Below, piece after piece: positions 1 through 13,500 of a DNA stretch of 64,000 nucleotides. The translations under genes and the position numbers were made by a program. Location of the stretch: the NCBI RefSeq assembly GCF_009914755.1, contig NC_060926.1. One strand, given 5' to 3'. This DNA is from the human T2T-CHM13v2.0 reference genome, Homo sapiens. Under the pieces are notes generated by a model. It was not told where the DNA came from and made no database searches. It saw only the letters and a program-made list of their open reading frames with translations. Each line of letters begins with the position of its first letter. Position 1 is the first letter of the stretch.

Positions 1-135
1 TTCTTTTTTGTATTTTTAATTGAGATGGGGTTTCACTGTGTTAGCCAGGATGATCTCGATCTCATGACCTCATGATCCGCCCGCTTTGGCCTCCCAAATT
101 GCTGGTATTACAGGTGTGAGCCACCGCGCCGGGCC
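1..135 (-). mobile_element. Alu left arm (AluY/AluSc-like), truncated by the window edge
   Basis: Reverse complement of Alu 5' arm: TTAGCCAGGATGATCTCGATCTC...GTGAGCCACCGCGCCGGGCC. Confidence 0.95.
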
Positions 136-476
136 AGGAAGCAGCTTTAATGAGCAACGGTGTTACAGTTCCATGATTGCTGTGCAGAGCAGGGCTACAC
201 CACAGGCAATACAAGGAGAATAGCAGTGTTGGGGCAGTTTTCAGTCATTCTTATACCTGCTATTAATGACATGCTAATTAAAGGGTGGGGTATTTAGAAA
301 TAGCCAGAAAATGGGCTGTAACTTTCAGGTGTTGCCATGGCAATGGTTAAACTGTCATAGTGCTGGTGGAAGTATCCTATGCTGATGGACAGTGAGAGGT
401 GTTTTCAGCGCCTCTTCTCAGTTTTGGGCAGTCTTCAATCTGATCTGGAGATAAGGCCCTCCTGCTTCCTACCTCA
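136..476 (-). mobile_element. ERV1-class LTR fragment (MER4 group, MER66-like)
   Basis: Minus strand starts TGAGGTAGGAAGCAGG and contains ACCATTGCCATGGCAACACCTGAAAGTTAC, resembling recalled MER4-group LTRs. Confidence 0.6.
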
Positions 477-479
477 GAA

Positions 480-615
480 GGACTATAGTTAGTAATACTG
501 TGTTGTATATTAAAAATTTGCTAAACACACACACACAGAAAAAAAGGTAACTATAGAAGATGATGGTTATGTTAATTTGCTTACTTGTAGTAATATTTCA
601 CTATATACTGTAAAC
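480..615 (+). mobile_element. Old L1 (L1MA-type) 3' UTR fragment
   Basis: GACTATAGTTAGTAATACTGTGTTGTATATTAAAAATTTGCTAA...GGTAACTATAGAAGATGATGGTTATGTTAATTTGCTT. Confidence 0.7.
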
Positions 616-1114
616 AAAGGCAAAAAAAATTATTAATTGGGGGATTATATAAAAAATGAAATCATATTACACTATATGATAGCTTTTAACATTTATTTAG
701 TCATCATTACATTAAAATGGAATGTTAATCTAACCAAGAATTATAATGTAATAAATTGGATTCTGGTTGCGGGGAAATATATGACTCAAGGAAAAATAAT
801 GGTGAAAAACACATATCCTTATCAAACTTAGAAAACAAAAACATTTTTTCAATGGCAGCATAAACCTATTTTTCTTGAAAAATAGTTTAAAAATGAAATA
901 CTCAAAGAATTCCTAGTAGTTACATCTATGGGGCAAAACTGGGGGTATAGAAGGGATTTCTTGAAACAGTTGTTTTTTTATAATACAATTTTGAGAAGTA
1001 TTGATGATACATTTTAACATAACAAATATAAAAAATAGCTTTGATAATAATGAAAGAAAAAAGTAAATATTGTTAAAAAGATTGGTAAAGAGACAGTGGA
1101 CATGATTAAGTAGA

Positions 1115-1578
1115 GACAGTTAGTTGCTCCTATATATGTACTAACCTGTTCTTCCATGGTAATGGAAATTTTAGCTGAGCTCATAGTAGCCCAGAATAAA
1201 GATCATGTACGTCAGCCTTCCATGCACGTAGGTATAGCCATGTGACATCACTTGCCAGTGAGATGTAAGCAGCAGTATCCCATGGCAGTTTCTTGAAGCC
1301 TTCCTAAAGAAGTAGGGTGCACGTATCTTTGCATTTTCTTCATCTTCACTCCCTCCTTAATGTTCATTCTTCTCTCCATCCTGCAGCAAGGAATATGATT
1401 GCTACTCTCATGCACCACAAAGTTAAGACTATGCACAACTGAGAAATGAAAACAGAAAGAGCCTGCTTCTTGACACAGGGGGAACTCTATCTGCCCTAGA
1501 TAATTTATCTTCTAAAATATGAGAGTTATATTGGTTTTTCTGATATTCATAGTTGAAGCTAATTTTGCAATGCTAATA
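1115..1578 (+). mobile_element. Ancient ERVL/MaLR-class solo LTR (LTR33/MLT1-like)
   Basis: CAGCCTTCCATGCACGTAGGTATAGCCATGTGACATCACTTGCCAGTGAGATGTAAGCAG motif; similar to the element at 49710-50500. Confidence 0.55.
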
Positions 1579-2901
1579 TCATTAAACTTGTTATTTAAGA
1601 TTTAAAAAAATGAAATCAAGAATCAATGAAGACATACGAAGAAAGAGACTAAGAAAGAACTAATATAAAGCATAATAATCAAAGCAATGTAATTCTGGAG
1701 TTGGTAGAATCATAAAGCTATTAGAACGAAAGAAAAAGCTTAGAAATGGTCAAAGAGATACGAAACTATGATTTGAGTTATATTTCAGATTACTCGTTAA
1801 AAGTATAAATAATAGGCTCTCATAAAATATGAATCTATAATACATAAATATTTATATATCATATTTATTATATTTAATAAATTATACTGAAAGAGTAAAA
1901 CCTTTTCTGGAACTGTGAGACTGAAAATCAACTTAGACAAGAAAAGGAAAAACAGTTCTGCCATTTATAAGGCCAACAGTACAGATGCAGATAGAGTCAG
2001 CTCCACAGTTGACGGGAGCCACTGTTTCTCCTAAATTGATGCAGCATCTGTAAAATGCCAAAGCAACATCCTTTCTGGGTAGCTACTGCTTTCTTACTGA
2101 CGATGTCCCCAGACAGCTGCTATGCTTGTCTATTACTGGGATACCCGATTGCTAAGCCATTCTTGCCCTCAATCCCTAGTTAATTCAGCTTCTCCAATCC
2201 CACTTCACAGTCACCACTCCAAAACTGATCCTTGATTCCTTTACATCCTCCAAAGTTTCCAGATGTTAGTCTCCTCCCTCCTGTGGAGAACAGCATACAG
2301 TCCTAAGGAATGCCTTCTCTCACTCTGACTCAATAAATCTGATTTTGTCAAACCATAGGCTTCTTCGTAGTACTGGCTGATTAGATTTTAACAATATACT
2401 ACATATCTTATAGTTTATATATATATATAAAGTTGGAACTATTTTTCAACTTTTTGTCACACCTTTCGTTAAAAAAAATTCCAGATAGATTAAAACCTAA
2501 ATATTCAATAAACCATTAGAAAAAAAAGACGTGATTATAAGTGTAAATGTAATATTTTCTTCAGGACAGATTTTTTAAGAAAAATCAGTACACTGATGTC
2601 TGAAACCACAAAGGAAAATGTTACTAGATTTGATTAAATAAATATTTTAAACTTTTATACGGTGGGGGGAAAACAGAATAAGGGAAATTAAAGGGCCATT
2701 TACAAATAGGAAAATATTTACAGCATATATTCTATAAAAAACTAATATGCCTAATGTATTAAAAGGCTTTACCAGTGAAGTTTTTTGAAAATCTCTATCT
2801 TTACTAGAAAAATAGACAAAGGATCAAGAATGAAAAAATATGATTCAAATAAAATATGGAAAATTCTCAACTACACTTATAATCAAAGAGATGTAGATTA
2901 G

Positions 2902-3664
2902 AGTAGCATAATTGTTCTCCCAAAAGATATGTTGAAGACTTAATTCCTAGAACCTGTAAATGTGACATTGTTTTAAAATAGGGTTTTTTCAAGTGTAATC
3001 AAGTAATCACTAGGGTGGGCCCTAATCCAATGTTCTTTTAGGAGGAGGAAATTTTGGACACAAAGACACACAGGGAGAATGCCACATTATGACAGAGACA
3101 GAAATTGGAGTGATGCAGCTGCCAGCCAAGGAACACTAAGAATTGCTGACCACCACCCAAGCCCTGAAGAGGTGAAGGTGGCTGCTCTCTTAGAAATTTC
3201 AAAGGGACCATGACCCTGTTGACACCTTGATTATGTACTTCTAGCTTCCATAACTGTGATATAATACATTTTCTTTGTTTTATTTTTATTTTTTGAGAGT
3301 AAAAATCACATATTTATTTATTTTTAATTTTTGTAACTTTTATTTTAAGTTCAGTGGTACATCTGCAGGTTTTCACATAGGTAAACATGTGTCATGGGGG
3401 TTTGTTGTATAGATTATTTCCATCACCCAGGTATCAAGCCTACTATCCATTAGTTATTTTTCCTGATACTCTCCCTCCTCCCACCCTTCACCCTCCAACT
3501 GGTCCCAGTGTGTGTTATTCCCCTTTATGTGTCCCTGTGTTCTTATTATTTAGCCCCTGCTTAGAAGTAAGAACATGCGGTATTTGGTTTTCTGCTCCTG
3601 CATTAGTTTGCTAAGCCACACTGTTTGTTGTACTTTGTTATGGCAGTCCTAGGAAACTAATACA
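2902..3664 (+). mobile_element. MaLR LTR (MLT1B/MLT1C-like), split by an L1 fragment
   Basis: CCCAAAAGATATGTTGAAG...GGGTGGGCCCTAATCCAATG...; resumes TAAGCCACACTGTTTGTTGTACTTTGTTATGGCAGTCCTAGGAAACTAATACA at 3612-3664. Confidence 0.85.
3282..3613 (-). mobile_element. 5'-truncated L1 3' end (older L1PA13-16-like)
   Basis: T-rich tail then AACTTTTATTTTAAGTTCAGTGGTACATCTGCAGG...CATCACCCAGGTA...GAACATGCGGTATTTGGTTTTCTG. Confidence 0.9.
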
Positions 3665-6600
3665 TGTAGTAATAAGGTACCACTTTTCAATTCTTAAATA
3701 AATTAAGATTAAGTTGATTTTCATACATGGCTAAGGATGAAGTAGAAATTAGTCTAATATTTATCTGGATCAATTTGGCCAAAGTTTATATATATTGACC
3801 CTCCTATTCTATTTCCAAGAATTCATCCTAAAAATGAGTGGAAATGTAGGCAAAATATACAGTGAAAGGGTATGAAGAGTGTTGCTTATAATAATGTAAA
3901 ATTGAAGAATATCTAACATTAACATTAGCATGGTTAAATTCAATAGTCTACAAAACCACTCAAAATTAAAAATATTTACATTTATTGGAATAAAATTTTA
4001 ACACACTATTTGGTGAATAAAAATTGCAGATGATTCCCTCTATGAAACATTGAAAAAGATGTAATCTAGTGTTAATATTTCCTATTATCTGCAAGACACA
4101 GCACAATGATTTTTCTTTCTTTTTTTGCCTATATGAATTTTCTCAGGTTGTTAAATGACAAATATGTACTTTTTGATTACATGCCAATTTTAATTCATTA
4201 TTTTAATGAATGGAAACAACAGTTTAAATCATATGCTTTTTCCTTTAGCATCGGTTTGATTTTTTTTTTTTTTTTTTTTGCTTTTCAGTTAAAAAACTTT
4301 CAGCTATGCTAATTATATTTTCTGACAGGATATTAAGATTAAAGTTAGCAAATAAATATGACTAAAACATTGAGCAAGCAGTTTTCACAAGGTATAATTG
4401 CAAAAGCAATTTTATTTTGTCCCCTCAAGTCTCTTCAAATCTAATCAATGGTGTTGGCCCCACCTTGACAACTGGATGAGATTTTTTCTGATTACTCTCA
4501 GGTAACTGAAATCACACGCACCTCACATTCTCAATTCGGTAACAAAAAGTGTCCAGTCCCAGATAAGAATCAAACTTTGATTTGATTTAAAATGAAATTT
4601 TTTCCTTCCCCTAATTGAGACTGGCAGTGGCAGAACTTGGATAAAGGAAAGCCTGATCTTGTCTTCCTCTTTCCTTTTTGCTGTGCTGTTTTCATTTTTT
4701 CCTTCAGGTTGCTAATGAGAGAAGTCTGGAGGGTAGAAGCAGCAGAGAGGCAAGAGGCAGGGAACAGGAAAGTTATTACCTGACTTGTTCTCTCCTAAGA
4801 CACTTGGTGCTTTCTGAACCTGGCAATTATTTTAAGCTGACTCTTTCTAGGAAAGATATTCTTGGTTTCCTCAGATACTCTCACTGCAAATGTTTCCCTG
4901 CAACATCCGTCCACTCCTCAAAGTCTTTGCTGTTGATGTCCCAGCAGCTCACATCCTCTATGGGGTTCTAGGCAAAATGGTCTGTCTTACCACCCACTTA
5001 GGGATGGAGCATCTAATGTTTTCTTGTTCACCTGCAGGGAACAGTAGGGGTTTCATTTTAATATTCTATTACATATAGTTTATAGTTTCTAAGCCTGTGT
5101 AAGTTGATTATTAAGAGAGGGGAGCTCACAGCTAATGGCAGAGTGGCTAGCTTAGGAATCACTGTTGCTACCAATCAGAAGAGAACATCCTAAATTACTT
5201 GCAGGTTTGAACGCATCAGCTTGTGTCTCCCTTTAGGCTACCAAAAGTATCTTCAATAGATTTATTTATTTTATCCTTTCTTCAAATGCCATCCTCACTT
5301 CCTTATCTTCAAATTGTAGACTCGAGGATTTCATAATCACTGGTTTACCTTAACTCTTTTAAAATTCTTTTTTCCCCACTGTCCTACAATCAACTTATAT
5401 TTGCTTATTAAAGTATTATATCGTCATGAGAAATAACATCTTAGACTTCTTGGCAGGAAGGTATTAAAGCAGTGGACAGGGATCCGTGGAATACATTCTC
5501 TCTTTTCATCAGGGGATATTCCCTAAGGAAAGAAAAGGAGGTAGGTGACCCAGTCTAATCTTGTTGAATGGACATTTGGATAGATAGACTAATGCTATTT
5601 CCTAGGAGAAAGATACCTAATCTCTGAAATACCGTTAGCAGTATATACCTGATTTAGAATTACTGTACCTGTAATAGGTGGAACTCAGGATCTATGATAC
5701 ATGGCTCCTTGGAGAATGTCACATAAGCTATAAGACCCTACTAGACACGAAATGGAGACATATCATAGCTTAAACAGGTCCCGCTGTTTAAGGAACTCAA
5801 AAGCCCCCTTTCCAGAGCTTATCTATTTAGAGGTACATCTCACCACCCTTGATGTCCTAGACCTTGTTCTGCTTCACCTGGGATTCTTGAATCTCTTGTA
5901 TTTTAGTAATTATTTATAGTAAAACTGTCATTAAGACCTCTGAGTCATGTGAATCTGATCTGATAATCCGATGCTGTATGTTAGCTCATTTCTTCAACTT
6001 ATTTTAAAGAGGTTCATCTTAGTTTACCCTACATTAACAGCAATGAACTCTTTCCAGGAATTTTGTGCCTACTTCCAAAATATGGCATACTGATATGTTT
6101 TTGACTTTGACTTCAACTTTTCATGATCAGGATTATATTTCTATTTTGGGAAAGATATTCCATAGATGAAATTCCACAGTGAACTGATTACAAATGTTTC
6201 AAACACATAATTGATTTTTTATATCCATGGATGCTATTTGGACAATGAATGAACTGCCTTTAGTTTCTTACTTTACTCATTCTTTTTGTTTCTGTCATCT
6301 TCTTACATCTCTAGAATCATTTTAATTTTAATGTTTTTCATTTTCCCTCTCTGATATTTAAATTTTATTTGATATTCCTGATATTAAATCCTGTACACAA
6401 AGTTTTATTTTTATATTTTTTTCTTCCATGTTTAGACTAGTCCAGAGCTTGCTTCCTGTTCTTGTTTGGGGAATCTACTTTTTCTGGTTGATGTCCAATG
6501 ACTACCTCACTTTATTCTTACCTCATTAGTCTTTATCTCTTTTCTTGCCATTTTAAAATGCTAATAATTTGGCTTTCTTTACTTAGGCTCTCCTCCAGAA

Positions 6601-7759
6601 TCATCAGTGAGCTAACTTAATACAATTGGCATTAATATTCCTAATATCGACCACAATGCTAAGTGTTTGAAGAATTGGCATTCATTTTTGGCTAGATCTA
6701 ATTATAAACACAGGCCCACTAGATATGAAATAAAATCAAAAAACATTCACAAGGCACTGTTCTGGAAACTGGAGAGTAGAAAGATTATATTATAATGGCT
6801 GTGGTAGGAATTGAAAAGGGAAGGAAGATACTAATCATTTTAAAAGGCAAAGAGAGAAACAAAAGAAATAGACACTGGTAGGAGAGGAGGGGAAAAGATT
6901 CCTTTTTGATTGGAAAAAAATGGGGAATTTTTCATGGAGGAAGCGTCACTTGAGCACTGAGGAATAGTACATGGGTAGAGTCCAGGGACAGGAGAGAATA
7001 AGAGGAAAGGGAAGGGAAAACATGCAGAAAACTAGCAGAAGAATACTAGAGAAAAATGCTGGATATTTAAGGCTCTTTAAGGGTCCTTAGGTTACTTCAC
7101 AAAGAGTTGTCATAGATTGTCACATGTATTGGTTCTTTTCAATCAGAAAAATAAAGTTTGATCATTCTGCAAATATGATGAGGATTTTAATGTAAAGCAA
7201 AATTTTGCTGGGTATTTGAACAATCGTTGAGTCAAAGATTCCACCTTTGAGGGGTGAGGGTAGTTGTGTTAGTAAAAATGTGTAAATGCCCCTTGTAAAT
7301 ACAGTCAGCTCTCTGCCCTGCCCCTTTTCTGCTCCTTAACTGGCAGCTAACAGTTAATTTCTACTTACCTAGAATTGACTCGGGTGAAGAATGTATTCAA
7401 TAGTATTTTCCTCCAAGGACCATCTTTAACATGATAATAGGTCAAAAGTTTATAGATTCTTGAACATTTTATTCTTATTATTCAATATCAAACTAGGACA
7501 TAATCAAAAGCTTCATTAATAAGACATCATCTACAGGCCAGTGTTAAGTGCTAAACTTCAGAAATATGTCTCTGCTAAAATGAGCAAAACAAGCCAACAG
7601 ATAGTAAAGGTCACAGACAAATTTAGCACCATGATTTTTTATAAATCATGTTTTATAAAATGCAAGTACAGATATTTTAGTATTATGGTTTTTACCACTA
7701 AAAACCACACTATTTAATCTGGACCTTTGGGAAATCCTGTGTACTACAGAATATGACCA

Positions 7760-8497
7760 CTTGTCCCCAGCACTGCTGCCATCGTCCTGGACAAGTCCCC
7801 ATCATCTCTCACCTTTATCATTGCAATAGCTCTGAACTTGCCTCCCTGGTTCTAATTTTGCCTCTTTTTACTACTCATAACATCAACTGGAGTGATTCTG
7901 CTGAAGCCTGAATAAGATCCTGCCATGTCATCTATGCATGAAACCCTTCTAAATCTTCTCTGCTCCCTTAGAGTAAAGCCAATGTGGCCTAAAGGTATAT
8001 ATGACCTTCCCCTCCTCCCCATTGCTTTTCAGAACCTATTCATTACACTTTACCCTCCTTCACTCCTCAATGGCCACACTGGCTACCTTGCTATTTCTTA
8101 CATGTGCCAGGTTGAATCCTGCCTCAGGGACTTTGCAATTGTTGCCTCCACCCTTGAGGGCTCTTCCCCAGGAGGAAGCCCAAATCAACTCAAGTTGTCT
8201 TCTCAGTGAGATCTTTTCTCAACACAGAATTTAAACATCACCATTTACATATCTCCATACCTACTCTTCATATCACTCCTCTGCTTTTATTTTTATTTTT
8301 AGAACTTTTTGCTATTTAATGTACTAGTTTTATTATTGTTAAATGTATTATTTCACTTTCTGTCTCCCTGAGTAGAATGAAGACTCTATGAAGACAGGGG
8401 TTTATATGTGTTTTGGTTGCTGCTGTATCTCTCCAGTGCCTAGAACAGTTCCTGGCACATTATAGATGCTAATTAATCTCTTGGATGAATGAATAAA
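7760..8497 (+). mobile_element. L2 LINE 3' portion
   Basis: TCCTGCCTCAGGGACTTTGCA and terminal CCAGTGCCTAGAACAGTTCCTGGCACAT...GATGAATGAATAAA. Confidence 0.85.
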
Positions 8498-9396
8498 TTA
8501 ATTTTATTCATTATAGAATCCCTGTTGGCATACATTTTGTATGCTAAATTATGGATAAAACATTTTAATTTTTTATTCATCCTACAGCATGGAGAATTAT
8601 TTACAATTCAAACTTTTTTTTAAACTCCATGTAGTGCAAGGTTTTCAATACACTTTGGTGTAAAAATGTTTCAGATATGGAAAATATTTCTTAAAATTCA
8701 AAATCTTTTAAGGAAATTAAAAGACAGTAGAATTTTTCCTCTTTGCCTTCTGACTTGGGTGTTGATGTTCTAGCAATTAGAAACTTCATTAGTGGCCATA
8801 TGGCCAAATGATCTCATTATGGACCTTTGAATTAATTTGCATTTTTATTATGCTTCTGCTTCTAAATTGTATGTACTGTGTTTGATCATTTGTGTACTTT
8901 TCAGAGAATTGGAGAATTCTTATTTTATTGAAGAATATATATTTTTAGATGGAACATAAGTAGTATGTGCATTCCAAATTTAAAAATTTTTTAATCACTA
9001 GATTATTAACAAAAACAAAAATAAAACCAAGTTATTTGTTTCATTGGATATGCCTCCTAACAATTTCCATGCACTTTTATGAGAAAACCTCTAATATGAT
9101 AACATTATTTGTTTAGTACGTCAGTTTGGTAAAATTAAAAGAAAAGAAAACTATAAGTTGTTTGTGTCTTTAGGGTAAATTAGTAAGAGTAACATGGACT
9201 CCTTAATTCCAGGAAAGTCTCTGAACACTTCTCCCCAATTTCTCTATCACCTCCATACACACACACACAAATTACATATAAGGCCAGGAGATACCCTCCA
9301 ACTTGAAAAAAATAGAACAAGACCATCTGTGGTATGGGAGAGAACGGCCCTTCCTGTCCTTTAGTTTCTAGATCTGGCCAGTGACGAGGAAGTAGT

Positions 9397-9737
9397 GTAT
9401 TAGAAAAGGTTTAATCATCTCATGGTTTGTGGGCTGTACAGGCTTTTGCTTCTGGGGAGGCCTCAGGAAACTTAAAATCATGGTGGAAGGTGAAGGGAAA
9501 GCAGGTACATCTTCACATGGCTAGCAGGAAAGAGAGAGAGAGGGAAGGGGGAGGTGTTACACACTTTCAAACAACCAGATCTGGTTGGAAATCTATTATG
9601 AAAACAACAAAGGGGACGTCCCTTCTAAAGGGGGAACTCCAAAGGATTCAATCACCTCCCACCAGGCCTCTTTTCCAACACTGAAGATTACAATTTGACA
9701 TGGGATTTGGGTGGGGACACAGAGTCAAACCATATCA
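9397..9737 (-). mobile_element. MaLR LTR (MSTA-like)
   Basis: GGGGAGGCCTCAGGAAACTTAAAATCATGGTGGAAGG...GATTTGGGTGGGGACACAGAGTCAAACCATATCA. Confidence 0.9.
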
Positions 9738-9834
9738 GAGGACTTGGAGATTCCCAGAAGGAAAACAATCAGCCAGGGTAGGAAATTAATAAAATACTCC
9801 CCTCCCCTAGTGAATTTTACTATCCAGGAAGGAA

Positions 9835-10537
9835 AAGGATTGGGTTTTCCATGGGCAGACACAGAGATAGACTTTGAAATACAAAATTAGGGCTCAATTC
9901 TTGTGAGACAAAGAAAAGAGGAAGCAGGATTGGCCAGAGGAAGAATTTGAGTGTCATGTATGCCTGACGATGCTTGGGCCAACCTGTCATGGAGCTTCAA
10001 GGTATTATTGGTCAGAGTGACCCATGCCAGAGTGAAGTGTCTGGGCCTTTCTAGCCAGGGCTTACTCAGTCACAGAATGTGTCTCAGTCACAGAATGTCC
10101 TAAAAAGGCCATGATCTTGGGTGAGGCTTCCTCTCACACCTTCTCTTGGATCACTCAGTTTGAGGAAGCCAATTGCCATGTTGCGAGGTAGCCCACTGGA
10201 GAGGCTCACATTGTGAAGAACCTGAGGGACCACATCAGTAAGCTTGGAAGTAGCCCCTCTACACCAACACACACAATAGACCTTTCAGATACACTTGCAG
10301 CCCCCAGGTGATAGCTGAACTACAATCCTGGACAGGACTTGAGTGAGAGGCACCAGCGAAGCCATGTGCTAATTCATGATGCACATAAATTTGAGATAAA
10401 ATTCTTGTTTTATAAGCTGCTAAATTCTGGGGATAGCTTGTAAGCAGCAGTAGATGACTAATCAGTTGAGGCAACCCCAAGGCAGCAAGTCCTTACTTGA
10501 AGGAGGATTTGGGTGGCACATCTCTATATCTGTCATA
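9835..10537 (-). mobile_element. LTR16-family LTR (3' LTR of HERV16-like provirus), containing an MLT1 insertion
   Basis: Minus strand starts TATGACAGATATAGAGATGTGCCACCCAAATCCTCCTTCAAGTAAGGACTTGCTGCC; homologous to 14620-15024. Confidence 0.7.
10130..10464 (+). mobile_element. MaLR LTR 3' part (MLT1F/G-like)
   Basis: GGATCACTCAGTTTGAGGAAGCCAATTGCCATGTTG...TAAGCTGCTAAATTCTGGGG...AGCAGCAGTAGATGACTAATCA. Confidence 0.75.
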
Positions 10538-13500
10538 GTCTACCTGTTTTGTCATTTGTATACACATATATTTGAGTAACAGCTCCTCCAGGATTCTGGT
10601 GGGCCACTTTTCCTTAGGGGAAATAGAAAAGAAGGAAATTAGCAGAACTAACTACAGTTGCTCTGCTATGGTTGATCTCAGGACCAATATTGCTATTTAC
10701 TTTATTTCTCCTATACTAGTCATTTTAGGTCCTGCACCATCAGGCACTATGTCTGCTGTCCTTGGTCATGTGTCTGGTAGCATTACTCAGACTGTCCTCC
10801 CCAAGAAGTCTGATCTATGGTTACCATGTCCTCCTCATGCCTGCACTGCTGGATCTGTCCATTTACACTTACAGTTGGGCAAGGGATTACTGTGAGGCAC
10901 TCAACCAAATCATCTGAGTGTCACATGTATTTCTCACTGTCTCCACTGTATAGCAGCAGTCCTAACCCTTAATGATTTAACTCAGTTACTCCTGCTGATA
11001 TGGTGACTCCTTTTTTCCCCCAAATCTCCAGACAACAGTCATACTAATAATTCTACAGAGCTTTTATTTTGTCCTCTGGTGAAATTGTGACCTTTTTATA
11101 GATCAGGGCCTTTAACTCTACAAAGCACCGTTGCAGGGACAGGAAGCACCAAGTTCAAGGATCTTTATTTACTGTAGTACAGGAGCCATTTCTGCTTCTA
11201 CTTTTTGGTTCTGGAGCCCTTGCATTCTTATCAGACACACAAAGCTGCACAAAATCCTTTGATTCAGTGTGAATACTGCATATCCAGAGAATGGCACCCC
11301 AACCTCATAGAGCACTGCCTCTGATTTGGGCTTTAGCTACTCATTTAGCAAGCCATTCCAAGGCTCTATTAGACTAGCAGCATCTGGAGAGAGCTTGTGA
11401 TACAGCCAGTGAATGTCATGGTATGGGCCCACAGTGGCACTTCCTATGTGGTCTTCTGGTCTGAGGAAGTGTTGTGTTAGATTACATATTAGTGGATCAG
11501 AAATTTCATAATCCCTCAGCTAGAATGATGACTAAGGCTTTTGGGCAGAAAAAGCAAATTCATGTCTGGAATACATGTTAAATCTAGTCCTGTGAGCATA
11601 AAAGAATGGCACTTCCATAATGGAGGTGGCTTGTACGACTGGTTGGACTCCTTGAAGAATGGTGTTGCATCAAGGGCTCCACACTGATATCTGGTGTTGG
11701 TAGGGTAGAAATTCAGCAGCTAAATTGGACTTCAAAGGTGGGAGTCCATGCATTGGCACATGCATAATCTCCTTTTCTGCCACTGTGGTCTCTTAATTCA
11801 TTTTTTCTCTTAGTCAACACTGGGGAGGTTGAATACAGAGGTTGGCTGACACCAACTGCTTGAGTTATTTTGTGTACTTAGTTGATTAGAGTCTTCTGTG
11901 ATTGATATTCCTTTGTAAGCATTGACATATGACATGTATATTCCCATTTCATGCCCATTCCCATATGCCCATTTCATAGACATCCCATATATATCCATCT
12001 AATAGACATCCCATATATCTAACACAGCCTCCTCATCCCCAAACTTTGTTTTCCTTCCATAATCCTGAAAAGTCAGATAGGCCTTTTACCATTGCCCAAG
12101 AGTCTGAATACATTATAACTTCACTAATTTTATCCAAAATTAATGAACAGGTACACTATACCTAATATGTTTTTTAGAAGTATTTTCCTTCTTCAATGGG
12201 TCATACAAGATCCCCCATACAGCTATAAAAATCAGCTGAGGGAAGGGTTCAGTGGCTGATTCCAACCCTGTTTTTGCATAGTCACTTTCATACTATGATG
12301 GGTTGCTCCTGGGTCTACACTAACTTATAAATTGGTGGGTCTCACAGGAGTTAACTAATGATGGACAGTTCTGGCCACATGTTCACTTGGTGAACTATAG
12401 TCAGGCATTTCATTTTTACCACAGCTCACTAGCCTGCCTGGAATTATTTTTCAAAAGATGTATAATTGTGCACTGCAGATGGCAAGACTTTGCCCTAAAA
12501 TTTCAGGGGATCTACTTTGTGGTTCTTCCACTTGGACTTACCATATGACAACTTTTCACACCACTGATACTGCCTGCACCACAGAGTGAGCCAGATCATA
12601 TGGTCCAAGTGCGAGGGCTGCCTGCACAGCAGTTTGGACCTGTTGTGGAGCTCTTTACTTCTCTGTACACCATTTAAGGCTGACAGTCTTTTATATCATT
12701 CTGAATATAGATGTGGAATGCACCAATTTCAGAGATGGAAAAAGCCTACCAGTGTGGTTCTTCTTTATCCACGGTGGATGTACAAGCTATGATAATTTGT
12801 ATGTTACTTTGGAGAGGATGTCTTGCTACACCTCTAACCATTGAACCCCTAAACATTTTATGGTTGTGGTAGTCCCTAAAATTTATTTCCTTCCCTTTAG
12901 AGCACGCATGACTTATTGAGGCCTCACGTATACCAGCCACCGCTTGCTCATCTGGCCCAACCAATAAAAAGTTACCAGTGAAATGGGTCAGTTGGTATTC
13001 TACATGATATCTAAATTCTCCTACACACATGACACAGGGCCAGAGAACTAGGATAGTACCATTTTTGGTTATGCATTTCTATGACACTTGGGATATTGTA
13101 TTGCATTAACTACCTCCATAACTCTTTTCAGCTCAGGTTCTCTTGGGTGCAACCCTGACCTGCCTAATTGTTATAATGATTACAATCCTTTGGTTTCGGA
13201 AGTTAAATGCTGTTACCTACTTTTATGTTTTTTGGGGTCCTGTTACCCCTGTTGCTGTCAATAAGCCAATTTATGTAACAAGCTTTCCTATTGTCAACGT
13301 TGACTTGAAAAGGAAAGCCACCATTAAACTTTCTGGTACACCTCTTATCACTGCATTCCTGTGTCCTTGGCAAATAGTGTGTCTTCTTGGCCTTCCTATG
13401 GAATGTAATCATGTGGTGGTTTTCCAACCTTATGTGATATATTCATTCCAGGATGCCCACTTCCCTGAGCCCTTGATTTCTTTTCTTCACTGTCTGCCAT

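Larger units (their letters stand above)
2470..4150 (+). mobile_element. Highly diverged L1 (L1ME-like) ORF2 3' end/3' UTR, interrupted at about 2900-3664
   Basis: A-rich L1-like segments (AATTCCAGATAGATTAAAACCTAAA; TAGAAAAATAGACAAAGGA; GACCCTCCTATTCTATTTCCAAGAATTCATCCTAAAAA) on both sides of the nested LTR. Confidence 0.5.

Noticed and set aside
4660-4710. Strong plus-strand polypyrimidine tract ending in CAG
   Set aside because: There is no convincing downstream donor or coding frame, and isolated acceptors are common
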